The position numbers were made by a program, and so were the translations under genes. From the NCBI RefSeq assembly GCF_003334385.1, contig NZ_QOWN01000009.1: 64,000 bases of DNA. One strand, 5' to 3'. Source of the DNA: Escherichia coli (lineage in GTDB: Bacteria; Pseudomonadota; Gammaproteobacteria; Enterobacterales; Enterobacteriaceae). Below are positions 9,708-20,071 of this stretch, in pieces. Each line of letters starts with the position of its first letter. Positions within the stretch are counted from its first letter, which is position 1. Below the pieces are notes generated by a model. The model had not been told where the DNA came from, made no database searches, and worked only from the letters and a program-made list of their open reading frames with translations.

Positions 9708-12260
9708 TCAGAACAATTCCTGTGCCTCGCCATTATCGATAATGGTCGTTCCCACCTCGTGCACTGCCTGTTGTGTCGGCTGCGTACCTTCGATGAAATA
9801 CTCTTCGCGGCTGTTGCCACCATTAGCTAACTGCCCGGTGCTGCGATCGATATTCACCGTCACAATACCCGGTGGCGGCGTCAGCGGCTGCTCCGGCACA
9901 CCTTCAAGAACGGCTTTCATATAAGCGTCCCATGCAGGCTGGGCACTCTTGGCACCGCCTTCGTAACCTGAGATCTGATCTTTAATCGCTCCGGAAGCCG
10001 TTGTATGACCGAGATTACGACGGTGATCATCAAAGCCAATCCAGACCGAGGTCACAACGCCCGGACCGTAACCCGAGAACCACGCATCTTTCGAACTGTT
10101 AGTGGTCCCGGTTTTCCCGCCGATATCGCGACGCTGCAAATCACGACCTGCACGCCAGCCAGTACCCTGCCAGCCTGGCTCACCAAAGATATTGGTGTTC
10201 AAAGCACTCTTAATCAGGAATGCCAGCGGAGTGTTGATGACGTGCGGTGCGTACTCCTGCGCGCCAGTCTTCGCCACTAACGCCTGATTTGCCTGCTCCA
10301 GCTGCGGCATTGGTACAGAAACATTCTGCTGCTCGCGGGAGATAGCGACATCTTCAACATCGTTATTTTCCAGCACGTTCGATTTCTGCGTATCACCGTA
10401 AATCACCGGAATATCGCATTCCGGGCAGGCTACTTTCGGTTTCGCTTCGAAAATCACGCCGCCCTGATCGTTTTCAATTTTGCTGATAAACCACGGGTCC
10501 ACCAGGAAGCCGCCGTTCGCCATGACCGCGTAGCCGCGCGCCACCTGCATTGGGGTGAAGGACGCTGAACCCAGCGCCAGCGATTCGGTGTGGACAATGT
10601 TTTGTGCCGGGAAGCCGAAGCGTTGCAGATATTCTGCAGCGTAGTCGACGCCCATCGCCCGCATTGCGCGTACCATCACCACGTTTTTCGACTGACCCAG
10701 CCCCTGACGTAAGCGAATTGGACCAGCATACTGCGGTGGTGAGTTCTTCGGCTGCCAGTCAGAACCGGCACTTGCATCCCAGCGAGAAATTGGCACATCG
10801 TTCAACATACTTGCCAGCGTCAGACCTTTATCCATCGCCGCGGTGTAGAGGAACGGTTTGATGTTGGAACCCACCTGACGCAGTGCCTGGGTGGCGCGGT
10901 TAAACTTGCTCTGATTGAAATCAAAGCCACCGACCAGCGCCATAACGGCACCGTTTTGCGGATTGATCGACACCAGCGCCGAGTTCACTTCCGGCACTTG
11001 TGCCAGCCACCATGCATCGCCAACCTGACGAACCCAGATTTGCTGACCCGTTTGCAGAACATCGGTCACTTTACGCGGCGTCGGTCCTTGCTGAGTATCC
11101 GAACGGTAAGGACGCGCCCAGCGAACGCCTTCCATACTCAATGCGACGGTCGACCCGTCCGCCAGCATCGCCGTCGCTTGCTGAGGATTGGCGCTGGTGA
11201 CTGCGGCAGGCAGCAGCGGACCATAGGTTGGCAGCGCCTTCAGCGTATCGGTAATCTTGTTGTTATCCCACGCCGACTCGCCCACTTTCCACAGCACATT
11301 TGCCGGGCCGCGATAGCCGTGGCGCATGTCGTAGTCCAGCACGTTATTACGTACCGCCTGCTGCGCGGCCTGCTGCACTTTGCGGGTGATGGTGGTGTAA
11401 ATGCGATAACCGTCTTCATAGGCACTTTCGCCATAACGGTTATACATCTCCTGGCGCACCATTTCGCTCAGGTACGGCGCAGAGAAAGCAATCTCCGGCG
11501 CGTGATAGTTAGCGTTAATCGCCTCAGTGCGTGTCTGATCGAACTGTTGTTGGGTGATATACCCTTCATCCAGCATCCGCGACAGCACGACGTTACGCCG
11601 CGCGACGGCACGATCCATCGAGTAGAGCGGGTTGAAGGTGGAAGGCGCTTTCGGCAGCCCGGCTATCACCGCCATTTCGTTCAGCGTCAGTTGGTCGACC
11701 GTTTTTCCGAAATAGACTTGTGCCGCAGCACCGACACCATAGGCGCGGTAACCAAGGTAAATCTTGTTCAGATAAAGCTCGAGGATCTCGTCTTTCGTCA
11801 GCAGCTGTTCAATGCGAATCGCGAGGAAGACTTCCTTAATCTTACGCATCAGCGTGCGTTCTGGACTGAGGAAGAAGTTTCTCGCCAGCTGCTGGGTAAT
11901 GGTACTTGCCCCTTGTGACGCGTGACCGGAGAACAGCGCCACGCTTGCTGCACGGAAGATCCCCACCGGGTCAACGCCGTGATGCTCGTAGAAGCGGCTG
12001 TCTTCTGTCGCGATAAAGGCTTTCACCATCTCCGGTGGGATTTGATCCAACGTAACCGGAATACGACGTTTCTCACCGTATTGAGCAATCAGCTCGCCAT
12101 CGGCGCTGTAAATCTGCATCGGAATTTGCAGGCGAACATCTTTTAATGTCGCCACATCCGGCAGTTGTGGCTCGATGTAGCGGTATAGGCCATAAATCGA
12201 GCCTGCTCCCAGCAGAATGCAACAGACTGCAAGGATCAAAAAATACTTTACGAACTTCAC
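9708..12260 (-). CDS. mrcA: penicillin-binding protein 1A (bifunctional transglycosylase/transpeptidase)
   Basis: 858-aa ORF; 850-aa product if initiated at the GTG at 12260 (VKFVKYFLILAVCC...); glycosyltransferase and SxxK transpeptidase (SNIKP) motifs present. Confidence 0.95.
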   Translation of the reverse strand: MKFVKYFLILAVCCILLGAGSIYGLYRYIEPQLPDVATLKDVRLQIPMQIYSADGELIAQYGEKRRIPVTLDQIPPEMVKAFIATEDSRFYEHHGVDPVGIFRAASVALFSGHASQGASTITQQLARNFFLSPERTLMRKIKEVFLAIRIEQLLTKDEILELYLNKIYLGYRAYGVGAAAQVYFGKTVDQLTLNEMAVIAGLPKAPSTFNPLYSMDRAVARRNVVLSRMLDEGYITQQQFDQTRTEAINANYHAPEIAFSAPYLSEMVRQEMYNRYGESAYEDGYRIYTTITRKVQQAAQQAVRNNVLDYDMRHGYRGPANVLWKVGESAWDNNKITDTLKALPTYGPLLPAAVTSANPQQATAMLADGSTVALSMEGVRWARPYRSDTQQGPTPRKVTDVLQTGQQIWVRQVGDAWWLAQVPEVNSALVSINPQNGAVMALVGGFDFNQSKFNRATQALRQVGSNIKPFLYTAAMDKGLTLASMLNDVPISRWDASAGSDWQPKNSPPQYAGPIRLRQGLGQSKNVVMVRAMRAMGVDYAAEYLQRFGFPAQNIVHTESLALGSASFTPMQVARGYAVMANGGFLVDPWFISKIENDQGGVIFEAKPKVACPECDIPVIYGDTQKSNVLENNDVEDVAISREQQNVSVPMPQLEQANQALVAKTGAQEYAPHVINTPLAFLIKSALNTNIFGEPGWQGTGWRAGRDLQRRDIGGKTGTTNSSKDAWFSGYGPGVVTSVWIGFDDHRRNLGHTTASGAIKDQISGYEGGAKSAQPAWDAYMKAVLEGVPEQPLTPPPGIVTVNIDRSTGQLANGGNSREEYFIEGTQPTQQAVHEVGTTIIDNGEAQELF

Positions 12261-12379
12261 TGGAAATTTCCCATTTAGTTTCATTTGGGCAGTTTATAAA
12301 CAAACGCGCGGTAGTATAAAGGCAAGCCAGACGCATTGATATACCCGTCAGAGTGACGGGTGATAAGGAGATCATCACA

Positions 12380-13159
12380 ATGGCATTTAAGATCTGGCAA
12401 ATTGGTTTGCATTTACAACAGCAAGAAGCGGTAGCGGTTGCGATCGTGCGGGGCGCAAAAGAATGCTTTTTGCAACGCTGGTGGCGGTTGCCGCTGGAGA
12501 ACGACATTATCAAAGATGGGCGGATTGTTGATGCGCAGCAGCTGGCTAAAACGTTGTTACCGTGGAGTCGCGAACTGCCGCAGCGTCATCACATTATGTT
12601 GGCGTTTCCCGCCAGTCGCACATTACAGCGGTCATTTCCGCGCCCGTCGATGTCCCTTGGTGAGCGGGAGCAAACGGCCTGGCTGTCAGGGACGATGGCC
12701 CGCGAGCTGGATATGGATCCGGACTCCCTGCGCTTCGATTACAGCGAAGACTCACTCAGTCCCGCCTATAACGTGACTGCCGCGCAAAGCAAAGAGCTGG
12801 CAACGCTGCTTACTCTGGCAGAAAGGTTGCGTGTTCATGTGAGCGCGATCACCCCGGATGCCAGTGCATTACAGCGATTCCTGCCTTTTTTACCTTCTCA
12901 TCAGCAATGTCTGGCCTGGCGTGATAACGAACAGTGGCTGTGGGCGACGCGCTATAGCTGGGGGCGCAAACTGGCGGTGGGGATGACTAGCGCGAAGGAG
13001 CTGGCGGCAGCGTTATCCGTTGATCCCGAAAGCGTCGCGATATGTGGCGAAGGCGGATTTGATCCCTGGGAGGCCGTTTCTGTTCGTCAGCCGCCGCTAC
13101 CGCCGCCAGGTGGAGACTTTGCCATCGCGCTGGGGCTGGCGCTTGGGAAGGCGTACTGA
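12380..13159 (+). CDS. hofM: PilM-like type IV pilus/DNA-uptake assembly protein HofM
   Basis: 259 aa from MAFKIWQIGLHLQQQ; ATG at 12380 with AAGGAG 8 nt upstream; TGATG stop/start overlap with hofN. Confidence 0.9.
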   Translation: MAFKIWQIGLHLQQQEAVAVAIVRGAKECFLQRWWRLPLENDIIKDGRIVDAQQLAKTLLPWSRELPQRHHIMLAFPASRTLQRSFPRPSMSLGEREQTAWLSGTMARELDMDPDSLRFDYSEDSLSPAYNVTAAQSKELATLLTLAERLRVHVSAITPDASALQRFLPFLPSHQQCLAWRDNEQWLWATRYSWGRKLAVGMTSAKELAAALSVDPESVAICGEGGFDPWEAVSVRQPPLPPPGGDFAIALGLALGKAY

Positions 13160-13698
13160 TGAACCCGCCAATTAATTTTTTGCCCTGGCGACAGCAACGC
13201 CGGACCGCTTTTCTGCGTTTCTGGTTGCTGATGTTCGTTGCGCCTCTGCTGCTGGCCGTCGGGATAACGCTAATACTGCGTCTGACAGGCAGCGCCGAAG
13301 CGCGCATAGACGCAGTTTTGCTTCAGGCGGAACAACAACTCGCCCGAAGCTTACAGATAACGAAGCCACGTTTGCTGGAGCAACAGCAGTTACGCGAACA
13401 GCGTTCGCAACGGCAGCGCCAGCGACAATTTACCCGCGACTGGCAATCTGCGCTGGAAGCACTGGCGGCGCTTTTACCCGAGCACGCCTGGCTGACAACG
13501 ATAAGCTGGCAGCAGGGAACGCTGGAGATCAAGGGGCTGACAACAAGCATTACCGCGTTAAACGCACTAGAAACGTCACTCCGCCAGGATGCATCTTTTC
13601 ATCTCAATCAGCGGGGAGCCACGCAGCAGGATGCGCAGGGACGCTGGCAATTTGAGTATCAGTTAACAAGGAAGGTTAGCGATGAACATGTTCTTTGA
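13159..13698 (+). CDS. hofN: PilN-like protein HofN
   Basis: 179-aa ORF, single N-terminal TM segment; translationally coupled to hofM and hofO. Confidence 0.9.
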   Translation: MNPPINFLPWRQQRRTAFLRFWLLMFVAPLLLAVGITLILRLTGSAEARIDAVLLQAEQQLARSLQITKPRLLEQQQLREQRSQRQRQRQFTRDWQSALEALAALLPEHAWLTTISWQQGTLEIKGLTTSITALNALETSLRQDASFHLNQRGATQQDAQGRWQFEYQLTRKVSDEHVL

Positions 13699-14122
13699 CT
13701 GGTGGTTCGCCACATCACCCCGCCTCCGCCAGCTTTGCTGGGCATTCTGGTTGCTGATGTTAGTTACGCTCATTTTTCTGTCATCGACACACCATGAAGA
13801 GCGCGACGCATTAATTCGACTACGGGCAAGTCATCACCAGCAGTGGGCCGCACTGTATCGCCTGGTAGACACCACTCCCTTCAGCGAGGAAAAAACGCTG
13901 CCCTTTTCGCCACTGGATTTTCAGTTATCCGGCGCGCAACTGGTTTCCTGGCATCCATCCGCGCAGGGAGGCGAGTTGGCGTTGAAAACGCTGTGGGAAG
14001 CAGTGCCGTCGGCATTTACACGGCTGGCAGAGCGCAACGTCAGCGTGAGCCGTTTTTCGTTAAGCGTGGAAGGTGATGATCTTTTGTTCACGCTACAACT
14101 GGAGACGCCGCATGAGGGTTAA
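13682..14122 (+). CDS. hofO: PilO-like protein HofO
   Basis: 146-aa ORF, N-terminal TM segment; 17-nt overlap with hofN. Confidence 0.88.
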   Translation: MNMFFDWWFATSPRLRQLCWAFWLLMLVTLIFLSSTHHEERDALIRLRASHHQQWAALYRLVDTTPFSEEKTLPFSPLDFQLSGAQLVSWHPSAQGGELALKTLWEAVPSAFTRLAERNVSVSRFSLSVEGDDLLFTLQLETPHEG

Positions 14123-14516
14123 ACGCTGGTTGTTGGCAGGTATTGCATTGTGCCTTTTAACCGGTATGCGTGACCCTTTTAAACCGCCGGAAGATCTATG
14201 CCGGATTAGCGAACTTAGCCAGTGGCGCTATCAGGGGATGGTAGGGCGAGGCGAGCGCATCATCGGTGTAATAAAAGACGGGCAAAAGAAATGGCGACGG
14301 GTGCAGCAAAACGATGTGCTGGAAAACGGCTGGACAATTTTACAGCTGACGCCAGACGTACTAACGCTGGGTACCGGGACAAACTGCGAACCGCCACAAT
14401 GGTTGTGGCAACGGCAAGGAGATACAAATGAAGCAATGGATAGCCGCACTACTGTTGATGCTGATACCCGGCGTACAGGCGGCAAAGCCGCAAAAAGTGA
14501 CGCTGATGGTGGATGA
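14112..14516 (+). CDS. hofP: PilP-like lipoprotein HofP
   Basis: 134 aa from MRVKRWLLAGIALCLLTGMRDPF (lipobox LLTGC-like); ATG 14112 overlaps hofO stop. Confidence 0.85.
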   Translation: MRVKRWLLAGIALCLLTGMRDPFKPPEDLCRISELSQWRYQGMVGRGERIIGVIKDGQKKWRRVQQNDVLENGWTILQLTPDVLTLGTGTNCEPPQWLWQRQGDTNEAMDSRTTVDADTRRTGGKAAKSDADGG

Positions 14517-15666
14517 CGTTCCGGTAGCTCAGGTGTTGCAGGCGCTGGCTGAACAGGAGAAGTTGAACCTGGTCGTGTCGCCAGACGTCAGCGGTACGGT
14601 GTCGTTACATCTAACAGATGTTCCCTGGAAGCAGGCACTACAAACTGTAGTGAAAAGCGCCGGACTGATAACGCGGCAGGAAGGCAACATTCTCTCAGTG
14701 CATTCCATTGCCTGGCAGAATAACAATATCGCCCGCCAGGAGGCGGAGCAGGCGCGGGCGCAGGCAAATCTGCCGCTGGAAAATCGCAGTATAACCCTGC
14801 AATACGCCGACGCGGGAGAACTGGCGAAAGCGGGGGAGAAGCTACTGAGTGCCAAAGGGAGTATGACCGTCGATAAACGCACCAATCGCCTTTTGCTACG
14901 AGATAACAAAACGGCGTTAAGCGCGCTTGAACAGTGGGTAGCGCAAATGGATCTGCCGGTCGGGCAGGTTGAGCTGTCGGCGCATATTGTCACCATTAAT
15001 GAAAAAAGTTTGCGTGAGTTAGGCGTGAAATGGACGCTGGCCGATGCGCAACACGCTGGTGGCGTTGGGCAAGTCACCACGCTTGGTAGCGACCTCTCCG
15101 TAGCGACGGCGACAACGCATGTCGGTTTTAACATTGGGCGCATCAACGGACGCTTGCTGGATCTTGAGCTTTCCGCGCTCGAACAAAAACAGCAGCTGGA
15201 TATTATCGCCAGTCCGCGTCTGCTGGCCTCACATCTTCAGCCTGCCAGCATTAAACAGGGGAGCGAAATTCCATATCAGGTTTCCAGCGGGGAAAGTGGC
15301 GCGACGTCGGTGGAATTTAAAGAGGCCGTCCTGGGGATGGAGGTCACGCCCACGGTGTTACAAAAAGGTCGCATCCGGCTGAAATTACACATCAGCCAGA
15401 ACGTTCCGGGGCAGGTGCTACAGCAGGCCGATGGCGAAGTGCTGGCGATTGATAAGCAGGAGATCGAAACGCAGGTCGAGGTCAAAAGCGGAGAAACGTT
15501 GGCGCTGGGCGGCATTTTTACCCGTAAAAATAAATCGGGTCAGGATAGCGTACCGTTGCTTGGCGACATTCCCTGGTTCGGGCAATTATTTCGTCATGAC
15601 GGAAAAGAAGATGAACGACGCGAGTTAGTGGTGTTTATCACGCCACGACTGGTTTCCAGTGAGTAA
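14428..15666 (+). CDS. hofQ: secretin (PilQ/ComE family) HofQ
   Basis: 412-aa ORF with signal peptide MKQWIAALLLMLIPGVQAA and C-terminal secretin domain; overlaps hofP by 89 nt. Confidence 0.93.
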   Translation: MKQWIAALLLMLIPGVQAAKPQKVTLMVDDVPVAQVLQALAEQEKLNLVVSPDVSGTVSLHLTDVPWKQALQTVVKSAGLITRQEGNILSVHSIAWQNNNIARQEAEQARAQANLPLENRSITLQYADAGELAKAGEKLLSAKGSMTVDKRTNRLLLRDNKTALSALEQWVAQMDLPVGQVELSAHIVTINEKSLRELGVKWTLADAQHAGGVGQVTTLGSDLSVATATTHVGFNIGRINGRLLDLELSALEQKQQLDIIASPRLLASHLQPASIKQGSEIPYQVSSGESGATSVEFKEAVLGMEVTPTVLQKGRIRLKLHISQNVPGQVLQQADGEVLAIDKQEIETQVEVKSGETLALGGIFTRKNKSGQDSVPLLGDIPWFGQLFRHDGKEDERRELVVFITPRLVSSE

Positions 15667-16066
15667 ACAGCCGTAAAAGCGGTAATGTTTTTACGCTGAA
15701 CGTGTTTCATCTATTTGACGCGCGCAGGTATTTAGCATACAAGGAGTACCGATTTGAGAGTTGGTGCTCTTCGCTGCCTGCGTTCCATGATGATGATTTA
15801 TCATTCAGGCGGCATTTTGCTGTCTTTTTTACGCTAATCTTACCCGGTGATTTATCGCCAGAGCGGTGGTAGCAAGGCAGCGCGCTTGCAGCGACCAGAT
15901 ATGCAGAGGGATGGGTGATTTATTCAGTTGCCAAACCCGCTGGAGTATTGAGATAATTTTCAGTCTGACTCTCGCAATATCTTATGAGGTTTCAGTTCAT
16001 GTCCTGCGGCGCTCTCTGAGCGAAGCGGGTTTATCATTAACGAATAGTCTTAGTAGTACCGAAAAA

Positions 16067-16588
16067 ATGGCAGAGAAACGCAATATCTTTCTGGTTGGGC
16101 CTATGGGTGCCGGAAAAAGCACTATTGGGCGCCAGTTAGCTCAACAACTCAATATGGAATTTTACGATTCCGATCAAGAGATTGAGAAACGAACCGGAGC
16201 TGATGTGGGCTGGGTTTTCGATTTAGAAGGCGAAGAAGGCTTCCGCGATCGCGAAGAAAAGGTCATCAATGAGTTGACCGAGAAACAGGGTATTGTGCTG
16301 GCTACTGGCGGCGGCTCTGTGAAATCCCGTGAAACGCGTAACCGTCTTTCCGCTCGTGGCGTTGTCGTTTATCTTGAAACGACCATCGAAAAGCAACTTG
16401 CACGCACGCAGCGTGATAAAAAACGCCCGTTGCTGCACGTTGAAACACCGCCGCGTGAAGTTCTGGAAGCGTTGGCCAATGAACGCAATCCGCTGTATGA
16501 AGAGATTGCCGACGTGACCATTCGTACTGATGATCAAAGCGCTAAAGTGGTTGCAAACCAGATTATTCACATGCTGGAAAGCAACTAA
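16067..16588 (+). CDS. aroK: shikimate kinase I
   Basis: 173 aa from [25 protein letters not shown] (Walker A); ATG at 16067; 240-aa ORF is a spurious upstream extension. Confidence 0.96.
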   Translation: MAEKRNIFLVGPMGAGKSTIGRQLAQQLNMEFYDSDQEIEKRTGADVGWVFDLEGEEGFRDREEKVINELTEKQGIVLATGGGSVKSRETRNRLSARGVVVYLETTIEKQLARTQRDKKRPLLHVETPPREVLEALANERNPLYEEIADVTIRTDDQSAKVVANQIIHMLESN

Positions 16589-16644
16589 TTCTGGCTTTAT
16601 ATACACTCGTCTGCGGGTACAGTAATTAAGGTGGATGTCGCGTT

Positions 16645-17733
16645 ATGGAGAGGATTGTCGTTACTCTCGGGGAACGTAGTTACCCAATTACCATCGCATC
16701 TGGTTTGTTTAATGAACCAGCTTCATTCTTACCGCTGAAATCGGGCGAGCAGGTCATGTTGGTCACCAACGAAACCCTGGCTCCTCTGTATCTCGATAAG
16801 GTCCGCGGCGTACTTGAACAGGCGGGTGTTAACGTCGATAGCGTTATCCTCCCTGACGGCGAGCAGTATAAAAGCCTGGCTGTACTCGATACCGTCTTTA
16901 CGGCGTTGTTACAAAAACCGCATGGTCGCGATACTACGCTGGTGGCGCTTGGCGGCGGCGTAGTGGGCGATCTGACCGGCTTCGCGGCGGCGAGTTATCA
17001 GCGCGGTGTCCGTTTCATTCAAGTCCCGACGACGTTACTGTCGCAGGTCGATTCCTCCGTTGGCGGCAAAACTGCGGTCAACCATCCCCTCGGTAAAAAC
17101 ATGATTGGCGCGTTCTACCAACCTGCTTCAGTGGTGGTGGATCTCGACTGTCTGAAAACGCTTCCCCCGCGTGAGTTAGCGTCGGGGCTGGCAGAAGTCA
17201 TCAAATACGGCATTATTCTTGACGGTGCGTTTTTTAACTGGCTGGAAGAGAATCTGGATGCGTTGTTGCGTCTGGACGGTCCGGCAATGGCGTACTGTAT
17301 TCGCCGTTGTTGTGAACTGAAGGCAGAAGTTGTCGCCGCCGACGAGCGCGAAACCGGGTTACGTGCTTTACTGAATCTGGGACACACCTTTGGTCATGCC
17401 ATTGAAGCTGAAATGGGGTATGGCAATTGGTTACATGGTGAAGCGGTCGCTGCGGGTATGGTGATGGCGGCGCGGACGTCGGAACGTCTCGGGCAGTTTA
17501 GTTCTGCCGAAACGCAGCGTATTATAACCCTGCTCAAGCGGGCTGGGTTACCGGTCAATGGGCCGCGCGAAATGTCCGCGCAGGCGTATTTACCGCATAT
17601 GCTGCGTGACAAGAAAGTCCTTGCGGGAGAGATGCGCTTAATTCTTCCGTTGGCAATTGGTAAGAGTGAAGTTCGCAGCGGCGTTTCGCACGAGCTTGTT
17701 CTTAACGCCATTGCCGATTGTCAATCAGCGTAA
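16645..17733 (+). CDS. aroB: 3-dehydroquinate synthase
   Basis: 362-aa [34 protein letters not shown]... Confidence 0.96.
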
Positions 17734-17824
17734 CAACAAGAAAGGTCAGGCCGCTTATCAAGCGGTCTATTAGCTTCAGGTTAATTGCAACGTGGTAAGC
17801 ATTAACCTTTTAGTGGGGTGTTAA

Positions 17825-19111
17825 ATGGATGAATTCAAACCAGAAGACGAGCTGAAACCCGATCCCAGCGATCGTCGTACTGGTCGTTCTCGTCAATCTT
17901 CTGAACGTTCTGAGCGTACTGAACGTGGCGAACCGCAGATCAATTTTGATGATATTGAACTTGATGACACTGACGATCGCCGTCCGACTCGTGCGCAAAA
18001 AGAGCGCAATGAGGAACCGGAAATCGAAGAAGAAATTGACGAATCCGAAGATGAAACCGTGGATGAAGAGCGCGTAGAGCGTCGTCCGCGTAAGCGCAAA
18101 AAAGCAGCCAGTAAACCCGCTTCTCGTCAGTATATGATGATGGGCGTCGGCATTCTGGTTCTACTGCTGTTGATCATCGGTATCGGTTCTGCGCTAAAAG
18201 CCCCCTCGACCACTTCCAGCGATCAAACCGCGTCTGGCGAGAAGAGTATTGATCTTGCTGGCAATGCGACCGAACAGGCGAATGGCGTGCAGCCAGCGCC
18301 GGGAACCACGTCTGCGGAAAATACTCAGCAGGATGTTTCTCTGCCACCGATCTCTTCTACGCCGACTCAAGGGCAAACCCCGGTGGCAACGGATGGTCAA
18401 CAACGTGTTGAAGTGCAGGGTGACCTGAACAATGCGCTGACCCAGCCACAAAATCAGCAACAGCTGAACAATGTGGCGGTCAATTCCACGTTGCCGACTG
18501 AACCCGCAACGGTTGCGCCTGTTCGCAATGGCAATGCATCGCGTGACACGGCGAAAACGCAAACCGCTGAACGTCCGTCCACTACGCGCCCAGCTCGTCA
18601 GCAGGCGGTGATTGAACCGAAAAAACCGCAAGCAACCGTGAAAACGGAGCCGAAGCCGGTAGCACAGACGCCGAAGCGTACTGAACCAGCTGCCCCTGTG
18701 GCGAGCACGAAGGCACCGGCTGCGACTTCTACGCCAGCACCAAAAGAGACGGCGACTACGGCTCCAGTACAGACGGCATCCCCGGCGCAAACCACGGCAA
18801 CACCCGCTGCTGGGGCGAAGACCGCAGGTAATGTTGGTTCGTTGAAATCGGCACCGTCCAGCCATTACACTCTGCAGCTGAGCAGTTCCTCTAACTACGA
18901 CAACCTGAACGGTTGGGCGAAGAAAGAGAATCTGAAAAACTACGTTGTCTATGAAACGACGCGTAATGGTCAGCCGTGGTATGTCCTGGTTTCTGGCGTG
19001 TACGCTTCGAAAGAAGAGGCGAAAAAAGCGGTATCTACATTGCCAGCAGATGTCCAGGCCAAAAACCCGTGGGCGAAACCGCTGCGTCAGGTACAGGCCG
19101 ATCTGAAGTAA
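17825..19111 (+). CDS. damX: cell-division protein DamX (SPOR domain)
   Basis: 428-aa ORF: acidic N-terminus, single TM, long Q/P/T/A-rich linker, C-terminal SPOR domain. Confidence 0.95.
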   Translation: MDEFKPEDELKPDPSDRRTGRSRQSSERSERTERGEPQINFDDIELDDTDDRRPTRAQKERNEEPEIEEEIDESEDETVDEERVERRPRKRKKAASKPASRQYMMMGVGILVLLLLIIGIGSALKAPSTTSSDQTASGEKSIDLAGNATEQANGVQPAPGTTSAENTQQDVSLPPISSTPTQGQTPVATDGQQRVEVQGDLNNALTQPQNQQQLNNVAVNSTLPTEPATVAPVRNGNASRDTAKTQTAERPSTTRPARQQAVIEPKKPQATVKTEPKPVAQTPKRTEPAAPVASTKAPAATSTPAPKETATTAPVQTASPAQTTATPAAGAKTAGNVGSLKSAPSSHYTLQLSSSSNYDNLNGWAKKENLKNYVVYETTRNGQPWYVLVSGVYASKEEAKKAVSTLPADVQAKNPWAKPLRQVQADLK

Positions 19112-19217
19112 TCAAGGTTATCTCCCGCAATGGTTTATCGTTGCGGGAGTTGCCTGAAGCGCTGGATGCTGTCGGAGCTTTCTCCACAGCCGGAGAAGGT
19201 GTAATTAGTTAGTCAGC

Positions 19218-20054
19218 ATGAAGAAAAATCGCGCTTTTTTGAAGTGGGCAGGGGGCAAGTATCCCCTGCTTGATGATATTAAACGGCATTTGCCCAAGGG
19301 CGAATGTCTGGTTGAGCCTTTTGTAGGTGCCGGGTCGGTGTTTCTCAACACCGACTTTTCTCGTTATATCCTTGCCGATATCAATAGCGACCTGATCAGT
19401 CTCTATAACATTGTGAAGATGCGTACTGATGAGTACGTACAGGCCGCACGCGAGCTGTTTGTTCCCGAAACAAATTGCGCCGAGGTTTACTATCAGTTCC
19501 GCGAAGAGTTCAACAAAAGCCAGGATCCGTTCCGTCGGGCGGTACTGTTTTTATATTTGAACCGCTACGGTTACAACGGCCTGTGTCGTTACAATCTGCG
19601 CGGTGAGTTTAACGTGCCGTTCGGCCGCTACAAAAAACCCTATTTCCCGGAAGCAGAGTTGTATCACTTCGCTGAAAAAGCGCAGAATGCCTTTTTCTAT
19701 TGTGAGTCTTACGCCGATAGCATGGCGCGCGCAGATGATGCATCCGTCGTCTATTGCGATCCGCCTTATGCACCGCTGTCTGCGACCGCCAACTTTACGG
19801 CGTATCACACAAACAGTTTTACGCTTGAACAACAAGCGCATCTGGCGGAGATCGCCGAAGGTCTGGTTGAGCGCCATATTCCAGTGCTGATCTCCAATCA
19901 CGATACGATGTTAACGCGTGAGTGGTATCAGCGCGCAAAATTGCATGTCGTCAAAGTTCGACGCAGTATAAGCAGCAACGGCGGCACACGTAAAAAGGTG
20001 GACGAACTGCTGGCTTTGTACAAACCAGGAGTCGTTTCACCCGCGAAAAAATAA
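19218..20054 (+). CDS. dam: DNA adenine methyltransferase (GATC)
   Basis: 278-aa ORF with DPPY catalytic motif ([12 protein letters not shown]). Confidence 0.97.
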
Positions 20055-20071
20055 TTCTCAAGGAGAAGCGG

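Noticed and set aside
9554-9742. Short ORFs in the nudE-mrcA spacer and similar 60-90-aa ORFs scattered through intergenic regions
   Set aside because: They overlap REP elements or terminators, lack ribosome-binding sites and have no recognisable features; the only small ORFs I accept are yhfL, yhfG, yheV, yheU and slyX.
12353-15666. hofMNOPQ as a candidate novel secretion or competence system
   Set aside because: These are recognisable PilM/N/O/P/Q homologues at their usual position divergent from mrcA; this is the known cryptic type IV pilus/DNA-uptake operon of E. coli, not a new system.
18194-18865. 223-aa Arg/Cys-rich ORF antisense to damX
   Set aside because: It is produced by the repetitive Q/P/T/A-rich linker region of damX read in reverse; not a plausible protein.
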